Below are positions 47,471-60,329 of a stretch of 64,000 bases of DNA, piece by piece. The first letter of the stretch is position 1, and each line of letters begins with the position of its first letter. The stretch lies in assembly GCA_047967505.1 (NCBI GenBank), contig CM106538.1, one strand, 5' to 3'. Under the pieces are notes generated by a model that did no database searches, was not told the origin of the DNA, and saw only the letters and a program-made list of their open reading frames with translations. This stretch comes from Dipteris shenzhenensis (taxonomy: Eukaryota). The translations under genes were made by a program, and so were the position numbers.

Positions 47471-49189
47471 AAAGCATGATTGCTACATTGATGTAAATTG
47501 TATGTTTTCTAGAACATCATGTCCATCAATGTAATAGAAGGGAATATGGAGAATGTAATTAGTCATTATTTTATTTCATAGATAGTCAAACGGGGACATT
47601 GGAAACTTCTTTAAATTTTTCAATCAAATCCACAATAATGGGCCTGACAACAAGGTATCACATGTCATAAATTTCATACTTTCTCTTCCCTTTTGTCTAC
47701 ATACACTTATATGCATGAATATTTATATGAGGGTGGGCTTTATTTTGGTTTTTTAATTTATTTAAATACCTTTGCTCTCATAATGTAATGCTCCACAAAT
47801 CTTCCATACACATCGACCAAAAAAAGGAAAGCCACTTGTTGATATAGATTATTCGATGACTCATTGGAACAACTATCTAAAGCAGTTATACTCACTAAAA
47901 AATCTTATTGTAGTCCTTAGAGGAAAGGGTGGTCCTAATACATAAAAAAGACAAAGCAAGGCAAAATCAATGTTTCTTCATAGAGATCAACCATCAATTT
48001 GGAATTGAAATGCTTTTATAGGAGGAAGTGCAATCATTATGGGTGTTTGGTAATTTTTTTTGAGTCTATCGTTCACACATTTAATTCTATTAGTGACCTA
48101 TGAATGGACATCCAAATTATAATTGTTAAAATTTTGGGGGATCCTATTTTTTGTAAAGATTTTGTAAAGGAAGCGCCCCTATTGTACTCCATTAAGTAGC
48201 TTCCAAAAGTGGATACCCAATGCTCAGTTTTCAAGATTGGCCCCTAAGTTCCATGAGGCCTTTTTATTGAATAGAAAGGGTTGAGGAACTAGTACTGAAA
48301 GGGTAGGGGCCCCTTTTGCACCTTGGATGTTTTTATCAAATATTCACTTATATTGGATTACAAAATAATGTGTGCATGAGTTTACATAAGCATTGTCTTT
48401 TCACATATTGAGAATACATAATACAATTTATGCTTTCATTTTAAACCTTGAACAATTTACAAGTTCTAATTCATAAGATTGTAGTGTTGGCAAATGTCGC
48501 AAACTCTTATTTTTGTTAGGGCATATAGACTTTCACCATCCTTATAGAAGTTAATTTACGAAAGGAAATTAACATTTTAAAACCACCATACCTAGCATTT
48601 AAGTAATGCTTGATTTTAGTAGGATTTAGATTAGTTCCCTAAAGGAAATTGACATTTAAATCACCCTACCTAGCATTTAAGGAATGCTTGATTTTAATAG
48701 GATTTAGAACAATCATGCAATTGACAGGGCTTACTATCATCTTTAAGCATTGTCGATGGGAGCTTTGTAAATATGGGATATTTCTAAATGGGTGCCCAAG
48801 CTATAATCGAGTGCCCTTTTTTAGAATGGTATAATGGTGCACCTGCTCCTTCATTATGCCTTGTGATTCATAAAATGATTGCGGCTACCTTTTCTTCAGC
48901 ATCTGCTTGACACACTTTTCAAAGCCATTAAATTGTAACAATTATTTTTGGATTTAGTTAGACCATTGACCTTAAGGATGGGTGAAACTCACTAGTCAAA
49001 AGGGATATCATATAGGACATCAAACACCTTCATATGGCATTGCTAGCTGTTTTTTAGAGTGTGCTTGTTGGGAATTGGAATATTTTGTGTGAATCTATAT
49101 TGCCCATGATGATGCTCCATTCTTCTTCTGATAGATTGTAGTTGAAAGATCTGTGGTAGCTTAGGATAGTCGTATGACTTTGCTTTAGT

Positions 49190-49420
49190 AGCACGTGCCA
49201 ACAATATAGTTTACGCTAGGTTATTCCGGTGACACGTGGGCCAACATTACAAGATACTCTAGTGACACGTGGACCCGCGTCACTACACCACAGGGTGAGG
49301 TTGATTATTTAATCAGGACACGTCATCCGTGGTAAAGCTGCAAAAACACGTGCGAAGGTGTCTCCAACTGATTTTGACGTGTGTACGTAAACGCACGCAA
49401 AAGCGAGGGACACGTGGCGC
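49190..49420. promoter_or_regulatory. Dense G-box/ABRE cluster downstream of the ERF gene
   Basis: CACGTG at 49192, 49233, 49266, 49347 and 49411, plus CACGTC (49319), GACGTG (49376) and CCGCGT (~49275). Confidence 0.6.
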
Positions 49421-49987
49421 CGAATGGCGAAAGTAAATTATGAGCTGACTGGAAAGCCTTTATTGTGGTACGTCTAGTTTCTGGAAGCACATGAGGGATT
49501 GCGCTGCATATGGGCGTTTTTTCATCAGTTGTGACGGCAGCTGTTGCAAAAATCATCGCCTTTCCCAAATTCAAACGCGACAATCGATAGATCTAATCGT
49601 ACACAGTCCATCTCTACCAATCTTTCTTACGCAATCCATCGCTCCAATCGCACAAAAAGAATTGAGCTATACAACCCTCTAGAAACCAAGAGCTCCATAT
49701 GCAAGAAATTTAGACTCAATCAGCAGTTTTGCAATTAAATCTGAGGCACTCTCGGCAATCGGCGGAGCGCCAAATAAACCCGGTAGTAATATACAAAGAT
49801 TGTGGACTAGAGCGTCTCCTTCCCAAGCAATTAGCAACCCTCAACCAGTCCGCAATGCGTTTCTGTCTTCTGCACAGCCTTCTTGAACCCATGACAGCGG
49901 AGACTCGCAATACATAATGCCCCTGTTCAGGTTCTCTGTGCGCAGCTCACATAGAGCTGAGAAAATGCGCCGGTGAAGGTCCTCGGC

Positions 49988-50722
49988 TCACACACTCCAC
50001 AAGTAGGGCTCGTAAAATGCGCCCGCGAAGTCATCCTCGACGTTGTGGACGGGCACAATGGGGTTATGCATTGTGACCTGTTCCCACTGAGAATCTCCAG
50101 AGAGCAAAGAAAGATGGTCGAAGGCGTCGTCGAAGACGAAGGGGGACAAGAAATCCCAGTCGGAGAAGGGAGCTGGGAAGACGCTGCAGCTGGAGGAGGA
50201 CAAGGCGGGGGAGTAGTCAGAGGCGGAGAGAGAGGAGGAAGGGGGGGAGGCGAGGTGAAGGGGAGGAGAAGGAAGAGGGGGAGGGGGAGGGGAAGGGCAA
50301 AGCTTCTGGGAATCGCCCTCGGAACAGGGAGGGTCGTAGTCGAGCGAAGACTGGGACGATTCAAGCTCGGACGATTCGAGGTAGGCTGGGGAGGAGGCAG
50401 GAAGGGGAGAGGGAGGAGGGGAGGAGGGGGGCGGAGCAGAGGAAGCAGCGGCGGCAGCAGCGAGCTGTTGGATATGGCGATGCGGGAGGCCGAGGGGGGC
50501 AGAGGGGGGGGAAGAAGGGAAGTTGAGGGAAGCACAGGAACCTCGGAGGCAAACAAGAGCAACATCGTAAGCTCTAGCAGCTTGTTCAGGAGTAGAATAA
50601 GAACCCAGCCAAAGTCGAGCTCTGGTATTCGGTAAGCGGATTTCCGACACCCACTTTCCCCACGATCTCATCCGAACTCCCTTATATTTCTTCTCGTCGG
50701 CATCCTCTGAACGCTTCACCAT
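49988..50722 (-). CDS. AP2/ERF transcription factor, DREB subfamily (A-5/group II, ERF017-like)
   Basis: AP2 domain [55 protein letters not shown] with the DREB V/E residues, IQ..AAAAA motif, Pro/Ser-rich middle and acidic C-terminus ending LWSV. Intronless, 244 aa. Confidence 0.96.
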   Translation of the reverse strand: MVKRSEDADEKKYKGVRMRSWGKWVSEIRLPNTRARLWLGSYSTPEQAARAYDVALVCLRGSCASLNFPSSPPSAPLGLPHRHIQQLAAAAAASSAPPPSSPPPSPLPASSPAYLESSELESSQSSLDYDPPCSEGDSQKLCPSPPPPPLPSPPLHLASPPSSSLSASDYSPALSSSSCSVFPAPFSDWDFLSPFVFDDAFDHLSLLSGDSQWEQVTMHNPIVPVHNVEDDFAGAFYEPYLWSV

Positions 50723-50819
50723 CGCCTTTAAAACAGCTCTTCCAAAACCACAGCGGTTTTCTAAAACCGGTTTGCCTTCTTCCGCCAGAGAGTCTCAATT
50801 CTATTAGCCGCCTTTCGCC

Positions 50820-51110
50820 CACTTGCCCGTTTATATTCCCCCCCCTTCCCCCCTCCACGTCAGCCCCCCTTCAGCGTGGACCCCACTTCTCCTTTTCCCC
50901 GTACCGTGTTGGCCCACCGCTCCTCCCTTGTCAGAAAGCGTATACACTCCCCGCCCACGTCAGCTGTGATGCCCTCTCTTCCCTTCCACGTGGCCCCCCC
51001 GTAGTTTCTTTGTCCGAATTTCCAAAACAAACGTTATTTTATTTTATCCCCCCCATCTTACGCGTCCTCCCCCCTTAAATTTTTTTTATTCGCCGCCACG
51101 TTAATATCGT
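50820..51110 (-). promoter_or_regulatory. Core promoter of the ERF gene (TATA box and ACGT elements)
   Basis: Minus-strand TATAAA near 50830, about 110 bp upstream of the ATG. CCACGTCAGC twice (~50856, ~50956), CCACGTGGC (~50986) and CCACGT (~51096). Confidence 0.65.
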
Positions 51111-51770
51111 GGCCATTCGTACACCCTCACATCTACTGCCCTTTCCATCCCGCGGGTACAAGTCAACGACACGCCTTCCCTATCATACATTTGAACATGT
51201 GGGCTCTGAGCAACAAGCGGGATCTCGCTAAACTTTGCGGGACAAGCAGAAACGTTTAACTCTCTCCTTTAACATCTCAATAATATAGAAACGTTTAACT
51301 CTCTCCTTCAACATCTATAGGTCTCACCACACATATTCATGAAGTAAATCTTTTAATCTCTTTTTATCAATCTAAACATAGCCTGTGAAAATTCACTTGT
51401 CCTCACAAGAAGGGGCCATATGTGTGTGATTGGAAAAGACGAGTGTAGGTGTGATTTTCACTCCCAAATAAGGGATAATTAGGGACCCCAAAGTGGGTAG
51501 ATTTAGCCCTCCTTTGAGCTATCATAAGATACAAGCAAACTCTTATGTAATCTACAATAATAAAAGTAATTTTGTAGCCTAAGAAGTTATGTGGTCCATT
51601 AATCTATTTGATGTGGCAACATCTTGTAGAGAAGTGAGAATGGCACATAGCATTTTTTATTTGGTGCTATAAGCCTTGAAATTGCCCTTTAGATTTGGGG
51701 CGTTGCTTTTGGGCACTCAAAGCTCCTAAGAGACCTCTAATTTTCTATAGCTTTTTTTCCATAAAAGAAG

Positions 51771-51771
<1 letters not shown>

Positions 51772-51822
<51 letters not shown>
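51772..51822. repeat. (GT)n(AG)n compound microsatellite
   Basis: Seen directly. Confidence 0.95.
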
Positions 51823-51830
<8 letters not shown>

Positions 51831-52063
51831 AAGCATTAGGGGGAGGCATATCTAAATACATTTTAGCATCTCTCATTCGGGCTTAATGCTTTTGAACACA
51901 AAAGCCACAAAGTGAGCACGTTACCCCTTGTGTTTTCTGTGTATTATTTCAATTGTTGGAGATGGAGATACTCCAATTTCAATCTTCACATCTCATATCA
52001 AAAGCCCATCAAAAGTATATCTTGTACTTCATCAAAGGGTGTGATATCTTAAAGCCTTGGATA

Positions 52064-52124
52064 TGCGTGCGTGCGTGCGTGCGTGCGTGCGTGTGTGTGT
52101 GTGTGTGTGTGTCTGTGTGTGTGT
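52064..52124. repeat. (GCGT)n(GT)n compound microsatellite
   Basis: Seen directly. Confidence 0.95.
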
Positions 52125-52630
52125 CATGGGGCACCAACTCCCCTTAGTAAGAATACCTATGAAAATTTTGAGTATGAGATGGATTTAACAATATGCCACA
52201 AGTAAAAGTTAGTTAGATCACATGATTGTGTTCTACACTAAAAGAGCTTCAAATATGTATTTACACATTAAAATTTGGGTAACACATGAAAAAGTTACAC
52301 GATTTTGAAAGGGGTTTTTTTATATTTTAGTGTAGTTTTTGTTTTAAGCCCCCTCATCCAAAAGACCCCCCCCCCCCGCCCGCCACTAGAGGACTTTCAT
52401 ATTTTAAGCCCTCTCATCCAAAATATGTACACATCTTAAAATCTTTCATATTTTTTGAAGTATAAACCTTATGCTTTGTATTAGGGAGGACTAGAGATTG
52501 GTCATATTTTTCCCTTGCATATTTAAAACTTTTGTAGGAAATCCATGCATATTATATATGGACCTTGTCCCCCCATACCCTAGATTTTGGACGAGGGTAG
52601 TAACATAATACATTTTGAGTTGGCACCAAA

Positions 52631-52652
52631 GTGTGTGTGTGTGTGTGTGTGT

Positions 52653-52698
<46 letters not shown>
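52631..52698. repeat. (GT)n(GA)n compound microsatellite
   Basis: Seen directly. Confidence 0.95.
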
Positions 52699-52699
<1 letters not shown>

Positions 52700-53261
52700 G
52701 CTTAGAAGGAGGATATTGGGTAGAATCAATGGGGTAGGATAGAAGTGGTAAAGGGAAGGTGAAAGTCCTTTGTCTTTAGTCATACATGGGTGTAGAAAGA
52801 GAGAAATCAATATAGAGAAAGATAATGGTAGGAGGTAGAATATTCAATAAGAAAGCATAAATTTAACAAAATTGGGACGTTAATGTAAACAAAAAGTTTG
52901 AACAATGGTTTGATTTTATTTAGAGAAAAGAACAAAAAGAAGTTAAGAGAATCTTATTAGCACCATGTTTTTAACATGTTTCAATATTAACAAGAATTGC
53001 CACTAAAAGTATTCTCTACATTAAAACAATTGTTCTAAATTTCTATTAGTGGTTGTGGGAAATATGATAGATTGTATATTGATTGCATTCAATATTCAAA
53101 TTTCCATATCATCTTGATTTTTGCACCTCATCCATGTTAAACATGTACCGATATTCCATTTCATAGATTGCTTGAACTATGACTTCATTTCAAAGCGTCT
53201 CCTCCCACTAGTGCGACATCTAAAGTTCTTTATTACCCTAAATTTCTTGTAGATTCCAGAA

Positions 53262-53269
53262 TGATGAAG

Positions 53270-53319
<50 letters not shown>

Positions 53320-56300
53320 GCACACAATGTAGCTACTTTTATTCTAAGTTGTCTTGAACATGAACATGAATATATACATGTGAACCCTTTAGGGTTAGGG
53401 TTATGGCTTGCCCCTATGCCCTATCTAGATAGTGCAATTTACACTATCCTCAACACCCCCTCTTAAATTACATTAAGTAGAGGGTGCATGTACAAGATCT
53501 TTTTGTGTTTTGTTTGGTGCATATGATAGCATCCAAAGCTGGAAAAGAAAACTAAAAACAATCAGAGTAGTATGTGCATGCGTGAGCACAGTGACTACAT
53601 AGCGAAAGCATGTACAATGAGTACAACTTACTAGATCCTGTACATATCATGCATTTCCCCCTCTTCACTTGTGGGTCATCCTTCACCTTTGGGAATAAAA
53701 CAAAAAAGATAGGCCAAAGGAAGGAGAAAGGAAATCCAAAAAGCAACATGCCCACCTAAATCAAAGATTGGTCAATCAAAAGATGACTGCATGGAGAACT
53801 GTGTATGGCTACATGCTGAACATGTCATGTGTCACCATGGACCGTGCAGTTGTCCTGTAGAAGAGGCATTCAAATGTGAAACTAGTTGATGTAGCGATGG
53901 AGATGTGAACCGGTAGGCCATGACAAGCAAGAGTGTCACCAACCCAAAAGAACTGACAACAATGTGTGAGATATGTTGCAATAGAGCTATAATCTTTGTC
54001 GAATGATGCGGGGTCAAAGAAGACCGCATAGTCGGTGTGGACAGAGTGATCCAGAGGCAGACTTAATCAAAAGGAAAAGAGATTCTTCCTACTTATGTCA
54101 AAAAGGGAGTTCAATGATGGTGAGGATCCATGGGATGCTACATTCTCTAAGAAAGATATGACTTTGAGCCTTGTAGTAGGCATGACAACGAGTCATGAAA
54201 AGTGACAATCAGTCATGAGTTGTCGTTTGCAACAGGCTATTATGATTTTTCACCAGTCTTAAAATTTGATCAATTTTACAATCTTTTGGAGACATGAATG
54301 AGAACTATTTTCATAACTTTTACAAAATAAGTATAGCTTCAAACTTCTTGTGAAAAATGTACATATTGCTAATTGAAAGATGAAAAAGTTTCTACTTTTC
54401 ACATCAAATGACAAATTGAAAAAACAAGGTCAATGATACGATCTAATATTCTTTGAACCTACTAATAATTCATGCATGTCTACGTAAAGTACAATCCATT
54501 ATTTACTTAGAATTACAAAATTGTGTCTTTTCTTCTACGAAAACTTCATCCCAATCATTGAAGTTCATCCTTGTCATTGAATTAGAGAATATATGTGGTG
54601 TTAAGACAAGTAGGTTTATGTCGTCCATAGACAAAGAAGAGGCTTTTTGGAAGAAAATATTTCGATAGATGTAGAAAGAAAATCAAAGATCTGAATGATT
54701 AAATTTTAGACGATTGTGAGTAATACAATTTAGTAGTTTACTTTATTTTGATCTATATATGAATCATGAAGATGAAAACAGTTGTCCTTTTTAAAAATGA
54801 TGTAAATCTAGATTCTGGAATCCACTTTGTTGTGATAAAGTTGAACGGATAAAATTTTCGTTAATGAAACAAACTTTTCATCCAAAAAAGGAAATTTTTT
54901 AACATGAATGAATGCAAATGTCATTCCATTAGAAGGCAAAACATTTCATCACGTAAAACTTTCATCAACGAAAAATTTCCCTTGGCAGAATTTTTTTCCC
55001 ATCAATGAAAATTTCAATCCATCGATGAATTTTGGGATTCCATAATCTAGCGAGATTCTAGAATCCCAAATTTCATTGACAGAAAAAAAATCCATTAATG
55101 GATTGAAATTTTCGTCGACAATAAAAAAATTCCGCCTACGAAAATTTTCCATCGATGAAAGTTTTATGTAACAAAGTTTTTTGCCCGATATTTTTGTTCA
55201 TTCATAAATCAAATTTCATATTTTTTCTTTTGAAAAATTTATTCTATTGACAAAACTTTTCTTTTTTTCAGACAAAATTCGTTATGTTCAGGCTTGTCAA
55301 TATAATGGATTCCAAAATCCAAAATTTCATGAATTTTTTTAAAATACAATTGCTAACATACTCATGCTTCCAAATCTAGCCTTTTAAAACTAAAAACTAT
55401 ATTTTTGCAAAGGCTAGAGCTCTCAATCGAACCAATAGACCGAAACAGAGTAAATGATAAATTGTACTAATCACGACCGATTACAATTTGACTATTTGAG
55501 TCGCTGGGCTTCTATCGAAATGTAGAGACATGCTTGCTTTGAATGAACCTCTTATATGGTCGTGGACTCCATATATACCTACCCATTTTAATATCAAAAT
55601 ATATTAAAATTTAGCCATTTGATCAACTATGTATAAAAAAGAAAAGTTGCTTTGTTAGACAATGCACTAAAAGTGTTTCATCAAATTGTATCAGATCTTA
55701 AAGTAACATCATTTTACCAATTGTCAATTAAATAGAAGAAGATCAAGGTCGCGATCCACAGCTGTTATTGTAGAAGATCTTGAAGTCAAACACGACGTGA
55801 AATGCAAAAGGCTAGTACTATAAGAGCCACAGTTCAACGCATTAGTTTTCTGGCTTCCTATGGTCTAGAACATTGCTAAAGTTGAATGTGTATATAGACT
55901 CGAGGCTCAACACCATTACATTTCTTAATGGCCTTGCTCATAGCTCAGATTGTATTCTTTGCTTCCTTCAACATATTCTCACCTTCTGCCTCTTGGCCCT
56001 TTTCATGTGGAATATTTTTAAGAGTTTATTTAAAAAGAATTGAGTGAAGGTTTCCTCAAAATATGTAGGCCCAATAAATGTAATTTGATCCAAAAAGCTA
56101 TTTTTGATTGGACAAAACATCATTGGACGTAGGATGACGTTGCTTGCCACAACTTTCTTTCCATCTCTCAAAGCCTCATATATTTTCAATGCATAGGATT
56201 TATCAAGGTTCCTGCTATTAGTAAAGACACCTGCAACTTCCACATCTTTGGCATTTATAAACCACGGTCGCTGCTAACCCCAGATATATCCCACATCATC

Positions 56301-59300
56301 ATCTATTACTACTTCATTAAAACGTAGATTGAGATTTTTGATTGATGTGAGTTCATCTTGATCATCTTCAGCTTCATGTTTTGAGTCTTCTTCATCTTTG
56401 TCTTCTTTTAACCATTTCCCATCCAGATGATCTTTCTTTATAGAGGGACGATGCCTTTTAGCATAGGGTCAAGGCATGCACACAACCATGGGTGCAAGCA
56501 TGCGCAACCTAAGGCAAGGCATAGCCCAAAGGAAATGCATGCCACAAACCAAGGACCTAGAAAGTCAAGGAGTCTAGCCAAGAGAATCCTCAATCCAAAA
56601 TCCTACCAAGCAATCGAAGGGTGACTCACAAGAGACCAGAGCAAGAGGAGTTGTAAAGGCCATGCCCAAGAAGCCCCTAGGTGGTAAGACCTCATGCAAA
56701 GATATCTCAACCCATTAAGGTGAAGTTCTAAAACTTCAAAGGAGAAGAGGATGAATACCTCTATAACAACCACGTGTAGATCTTTCTTTGAGTGTGCTCC
56801 ATCAATGAAGCTACAACCAAGCGTGAGTACATGAAATACTTCCCATTCACATTGATAAGCACGGGACAGAGGTGGCACAACAAAGTTCCAATCGGACATT
56901 TCTAGAATTAGCATCACATGCCAACAGCCTTCCTTGTGTGATTTTGATAAGAAGTCAATGAGGAGGATGTCCAAACTGGTATGATACTTTGCTCTACTGA
57001 AGAATAGGCCCGTAAAACTGCCAAGGTATGACAACTTGAAAGACTCAAGGTAGAGCTGACAGTATAAAGGCCTAGAAGCATAAAATATAACTAAAAATGG
57101 ATAAGATGTCCCTGAGTCATATGAGGTACCAAATGCTAATGTAGGGGCTGATATGAAGTCCTGGATCCAACCACCTATCTGTACCAAGTATGGACTATAT
57201 ACAACAGCCATAAGTGCATGCTGAAACATTGAGGTTCCCCAAGTTGCACTATGGATGAACTTGATGATGTCCACAACACTGGGGCAGGACTGCATTGATG
57301 CATAAGTATCCTCATGATGCCGAGGAATGATTTGCTAATCGAAAGAGGTGGTGGTAACTGGATCCCAGCATGATGCAATGCAACATGATTGAGCCAATGC
57401 TAGATTGTCTTGAAGACCGATCTGTTAATTTGAACTATTGAAGGGAACTGTGTCCAATGTATGCTCCAGGTCAGAGGTGAAAGCATCAGTGTGATGGATG
57501 CTGGAATGGAATCACCTAAAGAGCTAAATGCGCTACAACATGTATCTTCGCATGCTGCTGGAGACGTGAGTGCCTTGTACTAAGGACTTGCCTACTAAAT
57601 AACTGCATGATCATAACTAAACTCCTACTGTGTATCTGCATCATCTAGTGTGACAGTAAGTGGAGTCGGTTGATGATGGTGGGAACTAATCGGGTAATGT
57701 GGCAATGGCTTACTTGGCTTGGTGGAGTTGGATCTCCTCTATGGGTGTACTAATCTAGAGCTATACTATGCATCAAAGCACAAAATACAACAATTGAATT
57801 TTATCTTGACTCATTTTAATGTGCTAGGTACACTGCATTAGATCAAGAGGTGGTTTTGATGATGAGAATTTGATGATGTTGACCTATTCATAAGTTAAGC
57901 TGCCAATTTGAGGTGCTCAATGCGTAGAGCATGATGAGGCAATCATTTTTACTTTTTGGATCACCACAAAATTCCACCTAGATCAAAAGTTATGGCTCCT
58001 AGAAGGATCTCCAAATTTTGATACCAAGAGGGTGATCAAAATGTTGATGTGGCATAGAGGGTGATGTGGTAGATTGAGAGTCACACGTTGTGTGCCTGTG
58101 TGGCACTCAATGCTTAGGAGGCATTGCTAATGTGGCACCCTGTGTTCACATGCATAGCTAGGTGTGCCTAGCAGTGGTTGTGTGCTGACATTGCACTGAC
58201 TGCTGCTAACATGGCAGTTGATGACATGACATTGCCAACGTGGTAGTGATAACATGGTAGCTGACTATGCACTGCTGATGTGGCATACTGGCACATGTCT
58301 TGCTGATATGGCAATTGACTGTGGAATGAGTTGATGATGTGGCAATAGGATCAGACCGGCCATGTGGTGGATAGAGGCTAGAATGTATCAACCCAATTAC
58401 CAAGCACTGTTGGGGATGTGGCATAGTTATTAGCCACGTGTTGTGATTGTGACCAACTGGTTGGAGATAAGATTCCCTGAAGTCTTTTAGATTCCAATAG
58501 ATATGCTTCAGAATCTTTGAGATTCCGTTGATAGGCCATTTGTTGAGTCCCACGGGGTCGTGGAAGTTGATGATGATGTGGAGTCGAGTTTGATGTTGGA
58601 CGTCGCTGGGTCCCCTGGCCATGGAGCATCTGTTTGGCAACTCAGTCATGGGCGTTGTGGGGTCAATGAGTCGTGTGTGATGGATGTGCTAGGTATGGCT
58701 CATTAGAGCGAGATAGCCGCTCATCGAGTAGCTGTGTGGGCTGATGCATTGGAGTCAGAGGCTTGCTAGCTGGTCCATCAAGGGTTTGGAGCATCGGTTG
58801 ATGATCCTGCTGCGGGGCTATGCTATGGTCATCTTGAGGCGATAGAGCATGCTCGTTTCTCATTTGAGTTGAGTGGAGATAGTCGTTAATGATGAGGCGT
58901 CTGATGTGGGGTCTTGACTCTTGAGGTGCTTTTGCATACGTCGATGGTGGATGCACTTGAGCTGGACATTCAGCTCACCAGTCATAGGCTATGGCAAAGG
59001 AGCTTCTTTTGGCTATTGAAGGTGTTCGTCGTAAAGGGGCGCTATTGAAAGGTCTCTGGAGGTGGGCATTGTTGGAGCCTGCCTGCCAAGACTGATGAGC
59101 CATGCAAGCGTATGTGCTGCAAGGAGCCAGGGCACTGTTGCATGCAAATAGGGTCAACCGTTAGCGCTGCTACCATAAGTGCTGCATTCCATTATGGAGG
59201 ATTCTAGTCATCCCACCATTGGAGCTTGAGCTCGTAGGATGTGGAGATGTCGCTACAGTAGTGCTTGGTGGAAGATTGAAGTCGAGGCTATTGGCGAGAG

Positions 59301-59985
59301 TTGCTTGAGTTTAGAGGGCACTGCTGTTGTAGTTGGCATTGCATGCTTGCAATCTTGGCAGATCTTGGTTGTGTTGCTTTAGGATGCAAGAAGCCACTTG
59401 TTTTCTTTCTCTGTCGTAGAGTTGATGTAGAGGTTGCTTCTTGGTTGGTCATCCTATAAATGCCGTAGCTAGTTGAGCTATTATTAGAAGCCACTCGTCC
59501 TTGGCGTTTTTGTGTTCGCTTGTTGTTGTGGATAGGCATTAGATATGCAATAGCCAATAGAAAAGAAAGGGGAATAGAAAACCTTTTTGAATCTCTCAAA
59601 ACTCAAAGAGAATAATATGTAGATGGATTTCTATCTCTCTGTCTCTCACCACTCCCTATCTCTCTCAATCATACTCTATTTCTCACAAACTGAAATCTCT
59701 CTCAAATGACCTAATCACTCTAGGAATGAAAATATAGAGCTCCAAATGGCGGAATCAAAAACTTTCTGCCTAAATCAAAGATGAGGATGAGCTCTACAAG
59801 AAGAGGTAGAGAAGTTATGAACATGCCTTACAAAGGAGGGCATGTTGCCTTGATGGAGCAAGGGCTTTCACTCTCTCGAACAAAAAACTCTCTCAATGGA
59901 AGATGTCTCGTGAAAGGAGGGCTTGACACTCATGAAGGGAGTGGGAGTAGTAGCCTAATACCATGATGAAGTGGATGGGGGGGGG

Positions 59986-60025
<40 letters not shown>

Positions 60026-60169
60026 TGCACACAATATACCTACCTGTACACTAAGCTATAATGACCATGAACATGAATATATACATGTGAATCCCTTAGG
60101 TTTAGGGTTAGGGTTAGGGTTTTCCCCTATGTTCTATCTAGATAGTGCAATTTTACACTATCCTCTCCA
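53262..60169 (-). mobile_element. LTR element with ~200-bp LTRs and no recognisable gag-pol (LARD-like or heavily decayed)
   Basis: Direct repeats at 53262-53455 and 59964-60169 (TG...CA). TSD CAGAA/TAGAA, PBS-like TGGTATTAGGCT at 59952-59963, PPT AAGAGGGGG at 53456-53464. Confidence 0.85.
54830..55330. repeat. Array of short imperfect palindromes TTT(C)CRTCRAYGAAA, like DNA-transposon subterminal repeats
   Basis: Examples: TTTCATCAACGAAAA, TTTTCGTCGACAATAAAA, TTTTCCATCGATGAAA, ATCCATTAATGGAT. Confidence 0.6.
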
Positions 60170-60329
60170 TAGAACTAATAAATAGCCACCACTGGTGGAA
60201 GTGTGAGGCCATCCTACTCACTCATAATGAGGTTCTCCTCATGATACAGGTTAGTACGTTGAATCCCAAGATTTTGGATCAGTGGGAGAAGAAGATTTTT
60301 ATATGTTTCAATTCTCGAGAAAAAGATTG

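Noticed and set aside
49973-50635. 220-aa Gly/Arg-rich plus-strand ORF and the 212-aa alternative minus frame
   Set aside because: Shadow frames of the GC-rich, low-complexity ERF coding sequence.
54830-55330. CRISPR-like array of palindromic repeats
   Set aside because: Repeats are degenerate and irregularly spaced, the context is eukaryotic, and there are no cas genes.
60093-60123. Interstitial telomere or chromosome-fusion scar
   Set aside because: Only 3-4 units, present in both LTR copies, so it is part of the retroelement.
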